Source: a virus (taxonomy: Duplodnaviria; Caudoviricetes). Taken from it: DNA of 64,000 bases. Below the pieces are notes generated by a model. That model was not told the origin of the DNA, did no database searches, and saw only the letters and a list, made by a program, of their open reading frames with translations. Within the stretch, counting starts at the first letter, position 1. Every line of letters starts with the position of its first letter. The position numbers and the translations under genes are program-made. The stretch lies in the IMG/VR virus record IMGVR_UViG_3300028048_003124. One strand, written 5' to 3'. Below, one piece after another: positions 46,809-55,689 of this stretch.

Positions 46809-49154
46809 ATGCCTGATTTTGATAGAATGCGTGCTGAACATGATTTTAATATGAACCCACCTGTAAGTGCCCCAGGTCAAGGAGATGATGGTTGGGGGGA
46901 TTTATTTAGCCAACCCTCTCAAGAGCCAATGCAAGGAACACCAATGGGTAGTGACGTTGATATAAACAGCATACTTAATGGTCAAGGTAATATGGGCGGA
47001 GTTCCAGGAATACCAGGTATGCAGGGTGGTATTGGCGGTGTAAATGGGATGCCTAACCAGTTCGGAAATATGCAGCAGAGTCAAACTTTTGGAGACAAGG
47101 TCTCAGAGGGTATTGATAAGGCGGCTGTAGCTTCCGCAAAGGGTTTATGGAGTTACATAAAGTATGTAGTTAAGTCATTTACAAATAACACCAATAATGA
47201 TTGGAACGCTTTAGGCGCAAAGTACTTCAAAGTTTCCTCGATTATAGCAATTGTTGGTGTTGTACTGTTATTGTTAAGGCTTATTGGGGTACATATTGCT
47301 GGAGATTTGCCGTTATTTACGGCAGGTGTTTTTGGTTTTGCAGTTGGATTGTGCATGACAATATTTATTCCAAAAACAAAGGAGGAACCAGTAGTTGAGG
47401 ATGTTAATCAGGAGGTTAATGTAAACCCTGATACAAATTATTCTGATTGGGATGAAGATACCTATCAAGAAGAGTATGAAGAGGAATCCTATGATGACGA
47501 GGATTGGGGTTCAGACGAATCTTACGATAGTTTTGATGATATAGATGACAGCTTATTTGCGAGTAATGATGATTTCAATGCAAAAGAAGCGGTATCTACT
47601 TTACCTGATATACCGTCAGGGCAGTATACAAGGCAGTTTTTATTTGAAACATTTTCCAAAGTGTTGCCATCAGTAAATCCTAATTTCATGCAGATGGTTT
47701 CTGTTAGTGATACTGATGATGAGTTTCTAACGTTTGAGGACTTTTTGCTTAGAGCAGCAGGTCAGACTGGTGCTAAAGAAGAGAAGTTGGAAGAGATACA
47801 GATGGTAGAAATGTATAAGAACCTGTTCTTAATACGCTTAATAGCAACAAGACCTGCAGGATTGAAAGAAAAAGAGATCGCTGACGGTGTTGCTGATTTG
47901 TATAAACGTGATGAGTACGGAGCAACAATAGAGGGTAGAGAAGGCGTATTCGGTAGAGTAAATTCTCAGGTAGGTAGACTAATAATAGATATTTTCCTAT
48001 CAAAGAATGTTATGGTATCTCTTGGTGATGTGTTTAGGCAGAAGTCTGAATTCTTACTAGACATAAATAACACGATGCCTTTAATCTGGGGTATTAGTGA
48101 GATGGGAAAAGTATTCTGCTATGATGGAATGAAAGATGGTAATGGAGGAATGCTTATAAGTGGTGAGGCAAGAAGTGGTAAGTCATGGAAAGGTCAGTCT
48201 CTTATTGCTCAGATGTGTATGTTCCGCTCGCCTAAAGAGCTAAACTTTTATTTCTATGATGTTAAGGGTATTGCTTCTGACTATGCTTATTTAAGCAAAG
48301 TACTTCCTCACTGTAAGGGTTTTTGTGGTGAAGCTTTAAAGTTCAATAATAGTATAGAGAGTATACTAAACAGAGAGAATAAGCGTAGAACTGCTCTGCT
48401 TGGAGGAAAATATACTAATGTTAAGGATTATAATAAAGATCATCCTTATGATAAAATTCCAACTATTTATTTTGTTATAGATGAGATGGCTACGGCTATG
48501 TCGGAAATGATGGATAAAGATATAGAGATCCGTAAGAAGTTTGATTCTCTATTAAAGCAGATAGCCACTAAGTACCCATATTTAGAGTTAAAGTTGTTAC
48601 TATTTCCACACAGAATTGTTAACGACATTATAAACAAGACTGTTTCCTCTATGATTTCCACTCGTTCTGTAATGGGTAATGTGCCAGCTGAGGAGTTAAA
48701 GAACGCTCTTGATGTTAAAAACTTTCAGTATTCTTTGGTAAAGACTGGTGATATGGCAATCAAGTCGAGTTCAATTAATAGTGGTAATGTTGTATATAGT
48801 CACTCAGAGGTACTGTCTACCAGTGAGCAGACGAATCGTAAGATATTTGACTATATAGGTGAGGTGTGGCGTAAGTTAGAGCCAGATTGTAAACCTATGG
48901 TAGAAGATGGTATTTCTTCTGAAACTACAGGAAGAAATATAAGAAAAGAAAGCAAGCCTGCAAGAGATAATTCGGTATTTGACGAAGACTTCTCTTATAG
49001 TCCTAAAAACAGTAAGGACTCAGGTTTTGCTGACGCTGTCGGTGTAGATGATTTAGAGGAAGAGTTTGGTATTTCTTCAGATGTTGATGAGTCTTTTTGG
49101 GATGATAAATTAAAGGATTCAGATTCTGACAGTTTTTGGGATAACTTCAGCTAA
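46809..49154 (+). CDS. FtsK/SpoIIIE-family ATPase, candidate coupling protein (TcpA-like)
   Basis: Two TMs; PLIWG, MLISGEARSGKS (Walker A), SPKEL.FY.YDVKG, E..RR, IYFVIDE (Walker B); start moved to ATG 46809. Confidence 0.85.
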   Translation: MPDFDRMRAEHDFNMNPPVSAPGQGDDGWGDLFSQPSQEPMQGTPMGSDVDINSILNGQGNMGGVPGIPGMQGGIGGVNGMPNQFGNMQQSQTFGDKVSEGIDKAAVASAKGLWSYIKYVVKSFTNNTNNDWNALGAKYFKVSSIIAIVGVVLLLLRLIGVHIAGDLPLFTAGVFGFAVGLCMTIFIPKTKEEPVVEDVNQEVNVNPDTNYSDWDEDTYQEEYEEESYDDEDWGSDESYDSFDDIDDSLFASNDDFNAKEAVSTLPDIPSGQYTRQFLFETFSKVLPSVNPNFMQMVSVSDTDDEFLTFEDFLLRAAGQTGAKEEKLEEIQMVEMYKNLFLIRLIATRPAGLKEKEIADGVADLYKRDEYGATIEGREGVFGRVNSQVGRLIIDIFLSKNVMVSLGDVFRQKSEFLLDINNTMPLIWGISEMGKVFCYDGMKDGNGGMLISGEARSGKSWKGQSLIAQMCMFRSPKELNFYFYDVKGIASDYAYLSKVLPHCKGFCGEALKFNNSIESILNRENKRRTALLGGKYTNVKDYNKDHPYDKIPTIYFVIDEMATAMSEMMDKDIEIRKKFDSLLKQIATKYPYLELKLLLFPHRIVNDIINKTVSSMISTRSVMGNVPAEELKNALDVKNFQYSLVKTGDMAIKSSSINSGNVVYSHSEVLSTSEQTNRKIFDYIGEVWRKLEPDCKPMVEDGISSETTGRNIRKESKPARDNSVFDEDFSYSPKNSKDSGFADAVGVDDLEEEFGISSDVDESFWDDKLKDSDSDSFWDNFS

Positions 49155-49177
49155 AATGCTGTAGGAGGGTTGTTAAT

Positions 49178-50092
49178 ATGGTGCAAACAGTAAAAGTATC
49201 TGGTAATACAGAAGATATATTTAGTTGTATAGACTTTTATCAAAATATTTCTGTTGTAGGTTTGCAGTCTATTGATGACTTAAGAAAAGTATATATAAAG
49301 ATGTATCTTGATGACTATAAGCACAGGTATGCTTATAGGCAGAGAAAGAAAAAGGCTGTAAGCGAGGAAAAGGCTAAAGTTGAGAAAACTGTTCTTCTTG
49401 ACAAGGATATTAATTCTGTTGAGAAAGTCGAAGAGGTTGTTCAGCCTGTTGAAGAGGTAAATAATGACCCAGAAGAAAGTGTCAACTCTAATACAGATGA
49501 AAGAGAAGCATACATAGCAAGACTATGGAAAGAGAAATATCCGATAGCAGAATACGTAAATAGGGGTACCTACATAGAGGATGTGGTTGTAAAGAAACAA
49601 CCAGCCCCTGTTGAGGTAAAAGATGTTGAGTATGTTAAGACTGGAGTTATTTTAGAAGATTTTGTTGTTCCTAGCAAGGCTGATGTGACTACTGTCGCTG
49701 AGAGTGTAGAGGCTGAGTCTACTAAAGAACCAATAGTATATGTTCAGCGTGGTGTTATTTTAGAAGATGTAGTATCAAAGGTTTCTACAGATTATGTTTC
49801 ATTTGCTTCTGAGGAAGATATAGTAAAACCAAAAATAAAAGAAAAATCAGAGGGTAAGGTAGAAGAAAGATATACTGAAGCCCCAAGAGAACATAAACCT
49901 AAACGCAAAAAAGTAGCAACTAAAAAAGAACCCGAAAAAACCGAAGTATATAAAAATGTTAGAGATTACGTAAAGAGAAATCCAGGATGTGTATTAAATG
50001 ACCTACTAGGGTATTTCTCTCAAAAAGAAGTACAAAGGGCTTTAATGGGAGCTAAGGTTGTACAAAGAAAAAAGAAATTTTATGTGGTTTAA
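49178..50092 (+). CDS. Hypothetical protein with three YV..G..(L/I)ED repeats and a possible C-terminal winged helix
   Basis: EYVNRGTYIED, EYVKTGVILED, VYVQRGVILED; VRDYVKRNPGC... Confidence 0.7.
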   Translation: MVQTVKVSGNTEDIFSCIDFYQNISVVGLQSIDDLRKVYIKMYLDDYKHRYAYRQRKKKAVSEEKAKVEKTVLLDKDINSVEKVEEVVQPVEEVNNDPEESVNSNTDEREAYIARLWKEKYPIAEYVNRGTYIEDVVVKKQPAPVEVKDVEYVKTGVILEDFVVPSKADVTTVAESVEAESTKEPIVYVQRGVILEDVVSKVSTDYVSFASEEDIVKPKIKEKSEGKVEERYTEAPREHKPKRKKVATKKEPEKTEVYKNVRDYVKRNPGCVLNDLLGYFSQKEVQRALMGAKVVQRKKKFYVV

Positions 50093-50103
50093 TTGGTGAT
50101 ATT

Positions 50104-50481
50104 ATGCAGATAACTAGAGTTATTTACAACGATGATGGTTTTAAGGCTAAAGAGGCATTGGCAGTGTGTTCAATAATTTTTGATGACTGCTTCAAATTAA
50201 AGGGTATTAGTTTATATAAAGGACCCGATGGGTATTATCTTACTTTTCCAAGTAGGCAAGATGTGTATAAAAAAGTAAGAAAGTTAAATGAGGATTTAGA
50301 TATAAAGTTTCCAGAGAATACTAGAGAAAAAGGTAACTCTAATAAGTCGTATGAAGAGTTTTTTCATCCAGTGTCAAATAAGATGTATAGTTATATGTTA
50401 AGCACTATAATAGATGGTTTTGAGAAGAATGAGTCTGATATAAGAGGTCATTTTTCGAAAGTTTCTTACAGGTTATCTTAA
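50104..50481 (+). CDS. spoVG: SpoVG-family nucleic-acid-binding protein
   Basis: MQITRV...LAVCSIIFDDCFKLKGI....G.DG..LTFPSR...YEEFFHPV, with an insertion of about 25-30 aa. Confidence 0.82.
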   Translation: MQITRVIYNDDGFKAKEALAVCSIIFDDCFKLKGISLYKGPDGYYLTFPSRQDVYKKVRKLNEDLDIKFPENTREKGNSNKSYEEFFHPVSNKMYSYMLSTIIDGFEKNESDIRGHFSKVSYRLS

Positions 50482-50501
50482 TTTATTAAGGGGTTGTAGT
50501 T

Positions 50502-52085
50502 TTGTCTAGAGCTAAGGAAGTAGTTTACTACAGAAATAGATTAAAAGGCACCAAGCTGTCTGAGTCTGACTGTGATGTTCTTGAGAACCTACTGAAAGTG
50601 GACGCTCAAAACGGGTATATAAAAGATTTGCAGAATATAATATGGGAATTAGATCCATCAGATGTAGAGTTGTTAAAAAATACTAAAGATAACACTTTTC
50701 TGACAATGAAGAAAGGTATGCTAACAAACATACAAACTGTCGGTGTAGCCTATATGTATTTTGCAAAGAGTTTAATACTTGGAGATTCTGTTGGATTAGG
50801 TAAAACTGTAGAGATTTGTGGTCTTTGTAACTTATTAGAGTCTAAGATGCTAAAAAATAATCAAGAGTTTAGGTGTCTTTATTTAACAGAGAAAAATCTG
50901 TTACAGCAGACTAGGGATAAGTTTATCAAATTTACTGGAAACTACACAGAGCTTGTATGGGGTGAAAAAAAGTACGTTCAAAAGTTTTGTTCAGATAACT
51001 CTGAGTATATTCAATACAGTGTTGTAGGAGCTCACTCATTATTAACAAATCCTATCTTTCAGGAGTACCTCATTGCATATAAAAGACGTAATGGCTGTTA
51101 CCCATTTGATCTACTGGTAATTGATGAGGCTGGAGATGTTCTTAAAAACTCAAAGACGAAGACATATAAGGACGCTATGCAAATCAGAGATATGTTCGAA
51201 AGGGTAATAATCCTGAATGCAACTTCCTTTGAGAAAGAACTGGGTATGTTTTATAATCAAATTCATTTTGTTGATAAGACTTTTTTACCAACTAAGACAG
51301 AATTTCAGAAAGAGTATGAGATTAAGGATTATACTGGACCATACCCTCGATTTTCGGGTAAATATCAAAACCAAGATAAGTTTAAGAGCTTAGTTGCTTA
51401 TAGGTACTTAGCTAGAACTCGCAAGAGCACTGGAGCAACAATGACAAATTGTTCAGCTGATGTTGTTGTAGTACCTTTAAGTCAAGAGCAGAAGGAACTT
51501 TTAAAAATAACAAGTATGCCTAGTATGGTATATGATTGCCCATCTTACTTTGGAACTGGTGTTGATACCAATGAAGAGACAACTCCCAAATTGGCAGCGC
51601 TGGTAAAAATATTAACAGATACTTGGGCAGATGAAAGTGAAATACTTGTTTACTCTCGTTATAAAGAGGCTCAAGATAATATAAAATATACTCTACAAGA
51701 GTATGATATAGACTGCTATATACTTAATGGTGATTCTTCAAAAGATGAGAGAGAAGCAGTAATAAATGCCTTTAAATTAGGAGACATAAGGGTACTAATA
51801 ACAAATGTACAAAAAGGCTTAGATTTTGGTAATTGTAACCATTGTATATTTTATAATTATGATAGTAATCCGAATAACATGGTACAATTTGAGGGTAGAA
51901 TGACTAGAAGCTACAATATTGATAATAAGCACGTCATATTGTTAATATCTAGGGGTAAGGAATTAAGGGCTTTCAAGAAAGTAGCAGTTGAGAGAGCAAC
52001 AGCTAGTGATATCTTCGCAGGAAGTGATTATTCTTGTGTGTTAAGCATATTGTTAGATAGCGGTAAGATTGCTGAATTAAAATAA
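50502..52085 (+). CDS. SNF2-like superfamily 2 helicase
   Basis: LILGDSVGLGKT, LLVIDEA, ILNAT, ILVYSRY, KGLDF, QFEGRMTR. Confidence 0.88.
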   Translation: MSRAKEVVYYRNRLKGTKLSESDCDVLENLLKVDAQNGYIKDLQNIIWELDPSDVELLKNTKDNTFLTMKKGMLTNIQTVGVAYMYFAKSLILGDSVGLGKTVEICGLCNLLESKMLKNNQEFRCLYLTEKNLLQQTRDKFIKFTGNYTELVWGEKKYVQKFCSDNSEYIQYSVVGAHSLLTNPIFQEYLIAYKRRNGCYPFDLLVIDEAGDVLKNSKTKTYKDAMQIRDMFERVIILNATSFEKELGMFYNQIHFVDKTFLPTKTEFQKEYEIKDYTGPYPRFSGKYQNQDKFKSLVAYRYLARTRKSTGATMTNCSADVVVVPLSQEQKELLKITSMPSMVYDCPSYFGTGVDTNEETTPKLAALVKILTDTWADESEILVYSRYKEAQDNIKYTLQEYDIDCYILNGDSSKDEREAVINAFKLGDIRVLITNVQKGLDFGNCNHCIFYNYDSNPNNMVQFEGRMTRSYNIDNKHVILLISRGKELRAFKKVAVERATASDIFAGSDYSCVLSILLDSGKIAELK

Positions 52086-52090
52086 CAATT

Positions 52091-52130
52091 GGGTTGATAC
52101 TATAGTTTGTAGTATTAACCCTATTATTTT
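52091..52130 (+). terminator. Stem-loop, probable terminator
   Basis: GGGTTGATACTA-7 nt-TAGTATTAACCC followed by TATTATTTT. Confidence 0.7.
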
Positions 52131-52142
52131 AGGTGGTTAATT

Positions 52143-53393
52143 ATGAAGAATATTGTTAAATTTGTTGTATGTATGGCATTGATATTCAGTATAATGATTT
52201 GTTCTACAGTCAATGTAAGTGCATATTTATATAAACCATCAGACATGGATTCAGCAGAACAGTTGAAGCACGTAGAATATTGGACTCAGTTCGATGATCC
52301 TTGGGCAAATGATCCGATTGGAAATACTGGTTCCACATATCATGGGGCTGGATGTTCAACCTATTCAGCAGCATATATGCTTGTAAAAATGGGTTTATTA
52401 GATCCAAAGAAGGGTGATACCGCAAAGACTTTAATAGATAAAGCTGAGAACTGCTCAACATATATGTGGAATGGTAAAGGTGTGAGCTATTATTTCAATT
52501 ATGATGAAATAGATAAATTATACCCAGATATAAAGTATGAGGGTAGAGCGGATTACAACACTGTACCTATAGATGAGGCTGTAACTGTTGCAAAAAAGAA
52601 AATCAGCGAAGGGTATTATTGCATAATGCAGGTCGAGGGTACAGCGAAATCAGGTGCTCATGCAGGTCATATGATATTTATAGATGGTGTTACCTCTGAT
52701 GGAAAAATGAGTGTAGGTGATAGTGGTTTTGGACCAGGAACAACTTTAGAAGATATTTATGAAATGTCCACCTTAACTTCATGGTACTTAGAGTTGTTTT
52801 CGTATAAGGTTCCTTGTAACGAGCAGCCATCTATATATGATGATACAGCAATAAGGACAGGAGAGAGTTCCTACACAAAAGCTGATGAAGCAGCTTATAT
52901 AGATTTAGTAAGTGAGTGGCAACTAGTTGGCATGCCTGAGAAATCAAAATTGAATGAAAACGTAGTGAGGGTAACGAATTCTTCTGATGATGGTAATGCT
53001 CTTAAATTAGAGGAAAAAGAAAACATAGCGTCAATTTTAGAAAGTAAAAAAGCTCAAACGCCAACATTGGCTCAGATACTTGGAACAATAATGTCAGTAG
53101 TCGGTTTAATAATACTTGCATATTCTTTACTATTGTTGATAGGCTTTTTCCTAGATAGGTTTAATTCATTTATAGATGTGTCTATAGTTGGTATATTAAC
53201 TTTTGGGAAGATAAAAATAGTAACAAAAGAGGAACGAAGGCAGATGAGTGAAGAAGAGGCAAAAAGAAGTGGCTACTCAACAGGTGCTAAACTGCTCTTA
53301 TTGTTATTAGTTTTGTGTATAATTGGTGGTTTGATGTTAAGCGGAACAATATTAAAGGTAGTATATCTGGTAACAGGAAAGATACTTGGGTAG
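52143..53393 (+). CDS. Exported C39-like (papain-fold) peptidase with C-terminal membrane anchor, paralog 1
   Basis: Signal peptide; QFDDPW, GCS (Cys), GHMIFIDG (His), VGDS (Asp); SEWQLVGMP; TMs around FFLDRFN. Confidence 0.75.
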   Translation: MKNIVKFVVCMALIFSIMICSTVNVSAYLYKPSDMDSAEQLKHVEYWTQFDDPWANDPIGNTGSTYHGAGCSTYSAAYMLVKMGLLDPKKGDTAKTLIDKAENCSTYMWNGKGVSYYFNYDEIDKLYPDIKYEGRADYNTVPIDEAVTVAKKKISEGYYCIMQVEGTAKSGAHAGHMIFIDGVTSDGKMSVGDSGFGPGTTLEDIYEMSTLTSWYLELFSYKVPCNEQPSIYDDTAIRTGESSYTKADEAAYIDLVSEWQLVGMPEKSKLNENVVRVTNSSDDGNALKLEEKENIASILESKKAQTPTLAQILGTIMSVVGLIILAYSLLLLIGFFLDRFNSFIDVSIVGILTFGKIKIVTKEERRQMSEEEAKRSGYSTGAKLLLLLLVLCIIGGLMLSGTILKVVYLVTGKILG

Positions 53394-53402
53394 AGGTGTA
53401 TA

Positions 53403-54650
53403 ATGAAACTACTTAAAAGATTTATAGTAATTACGCTCATCCTTTCTATAATTTCTATAAGTATAATAAGTACATCAGCTTTTGTACGGGCTGAGGATAG
53501 CCTTGCTTCAGTAGAAAACTGGTGTCAGTGGTTAGACCCTTGGGCAAATGAGTCGGCATATGGAAATACGGGAACAGGATATGACATAGCTAACAATTGC
53601 TGCTCATATTACAGCGTAGCGTATATGTTAGTAAAGATGGGTATATATGATCCAAAGAAGGGTGATAACGCTGGTACATTTTTTAAAGCAATGAGAGAGA
53701 AAGGTTGTATAGATGGTGATAGCAATTGGCTGTGTCACTTTAAAGATGTACCTAAAGTATATCCTGAGGTTGAGTTTGTAGACTCAGGATCTGACGATGG
53801 TAGGTGGGCAGAAGCTACTGGATCTTGGGATAGTTGTAAGGCTTGGTACAAAGAGAAGTACAATGAGGGTTATTATATTTGTTTATGCTTTACATCGGCA
53901 GCAAGTAACGGACATTTTGTATTTATAGATGGTTTCACAGAGGATGGTAAGACAAGTGTAGGAGATTGCGGCTATGAGGGTGGTACTGTATTAGAAGACC
54001 TACATTCGAGTATATCGGCATCAAGCTGTTTTTTATTTAAGTATAAGAAACCGTGTAATGAACAGCCATCCATTTATGATGGAACAGCCCTAAGAACTGG
54101 TACGGATAATGATTTAACTTCAGAAGAACAATCTCAGTATGACTCGATAGTATCAGAATGGCAATTAATGGGTATGCCAGAGAAGTCAAAAATATATGAG
54201 AGAGCAGAGGCAGTAATACAAGAGATAGGTAAGATTAAAAATCTTGGTTCAAGGGAGAATTTAGATATAGAGCACACTCAAAGTTTGATATCTATAAAAG
54301 AAAGCATGGAAGCTCAAAAAATGACAGCTGAGAAGATAATGAGTATCATTTGTTCATTGGTGGGTTTATTAATGGAGGTATATGTTTTATTACTATTGTT
54401 AGCGTTCTTTTTTGACAGATTTAATAATTTTTTAGATGCGAGTGTAGTAAGTATATTAAGTTTTGGAAAGTTAAATGTACTTTCAAAGTATGAAATGCAG
54501 ATGGTGACAGAAAAGGAGAAAGCAGAAAAAGGTTATATATCTTATACCAATTTCTTTATAAAACTTCTGGTAATATCACTAATAGGTGGTCTTTTATTAT
54601 CTGGAGTATTATTAAAAGGTATATTTTTTATTATAAGAAAAATTGTTTAA
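53403..54650 (+). CDS. C39-like peptidase, paralog 2
   Basis: QWLDPW, CCS, GHFVFIDG, VGDC; SEWQLMGMP; FFFDRFN. Confidence 0.75.
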   Translation: MKLLKRFIVITLILSIISISIISTSAFVRAEDSLASVENWCQWLDPWANESAYGNTGTGYDIANNCCSYYSVAYMLVKMGIYDPKKGDNAGTFFKAMREKGCIDGDSNWLCHFKDVPKVYPEVEFVDSGSDDGRWAEATGSWDSCKAWYKEKYNEGYYICLCFTSAASNGHFVFIDGFTEDGKTSVGDCGYEGGTVLEDLHSSISASSCFLFKYKKPCNEQPSIYDGTALRTGTDNDLTSEEQSQYDSIVSEWQLMGMPEKSKIYERAEAVIQEIGKIKNLGSRENLDIEHTQSLISIKESMEAQKMTAEKIMSIICSLVGLLMEVYVLLLLLAFFFDRFNNFLDASVVSILSFGKLNVLSKYEMQMVTEKEKAEKGYISYTNFFIKLLVISLIGGLLLSGVLLKGIFFIIRKIV

Positions 54651-54665
54651 TTTTTGGAGGTTGTA

Positions 54666-55688
54666 ATGTTGAAAATGGTCAAAATAACAAGATATATCGT
54701 GGTTTCAGTATTTATGCTGAGTATTCTGCTAATAAACAGTATAAGTGTTGGCGCATACGCTAACAATATAGATTACGGAGTAGGTATTGATAAGTTATCA
54801 GAAAGCCCAGAGAATTGGATACAAGGTAGTATCCCTAATGTAAACAAAGAAACAATTTCGGGTACTGACTCCACAAGCTCGATTGCGAGTAGTGCTTGTA
54901 GTTCTTTTGCAATGACTTATGCCTTAGTAAAGATGGGTATATATAATCCTGCAAATGGAGATAATCCATATTCACTAATAAAAGTTTTAAGAGAAAAGAA
55001 TCTGATATTCCCAGGAGCAGAGTGGGGTTATTTTGATTTTACAAGAGTTAATGAAGTTGATAAATCCGTACATTATGAGTGGAGAGACGATACAGTAAAG
55101 GGTATGAATTTTGATCAAGCTATTAAATACATAAAAGGCTTGTGGAACGAAGGATATTACGTTGTTGCCATAGTATATGGTGGACCAACGAGAGGTCATT
55201 GTATTTTCATAGATGGTATAAATGAAGACGGTTCAATAAGTATAGGCGACAGTGGTTTTGTTGGTACAACTTGGGAAGAAACTTATGGAAAGTATGATAT
55301 GAGATTTTCGTATCTTGAGGTAATGAGTTGTGATGGAAAACCGTTTTTAAACCAACCATCTATATATGATGATAATATATTAAGAGCTGTTTCAGATAAG
55401 GAAGTTGAAGATTACAATGTATTGTTATATGAGACAGATGTAGAAGACATGAGGGTAAAATCTCATAATATTGCTAAGATTGAGTTGCAGTCTTTATCTT
55501 TTAATTCTTACCCAGAGGTACCAGGAAGAGGTATTATAGATGTTGAAGATTTAGATAATATTGAGATTAAAAAAGATGTAGATTGGTTTTTAATATCAAA
55601 TATATTGTTTCAGATATTCCTACTGTTTATAATAATGTTTTATATAAGGAATATGAGAGTATCTCAGATTCAAAAAAGGAGATATTAA
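54666..55688 (+). CDS. C39-like peptidase, paralog 3 (different C-terminus, single TM)
   Basis: GGAGG SD; WIQ, ACS, GHCIFIDG, IGDS, QPSIYD. Confidence 0.75.
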   Translation: MLKMVKITRYIVVSVFMLSILLINSISVGAYANNIDYGVGIDKLSESPENWIQGSIPNVNKETISGTDSTSSIASSACSSFAMTYALVKMGIYNPANGDNPYSLIKVLREKNLIFPGAEWGYFDFTRVNEVDKSVHYEWRDDTVKGMNFDQAIKYIKGLWNEGYYVVAIVYGGPTRGHCIFIDGINEDGSISIGDSGFVGTTWEETYGKYDMRFSYLEVMSCDGKPFLNQPSIYDDNILRAVSDKEVEDYNVLLYETDVEDMRVKSHNIAKIELQSLSFNSYPEVPGRGIIDVEDLDNIEIKKDVDWFLISNILFQIFLLFIIMFYIRNMRVSQIQKRRY

Positions 55689-55689
55689 T

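Noticed and set aside
46809-49154. Chromosomal cell-division FtsK or type VII EssC
   Set aside because: It has a single ATPase domain, no recognisable C-terminal gamma domain and no WXG100 genes nearby, and it sits in the VirB4 operon
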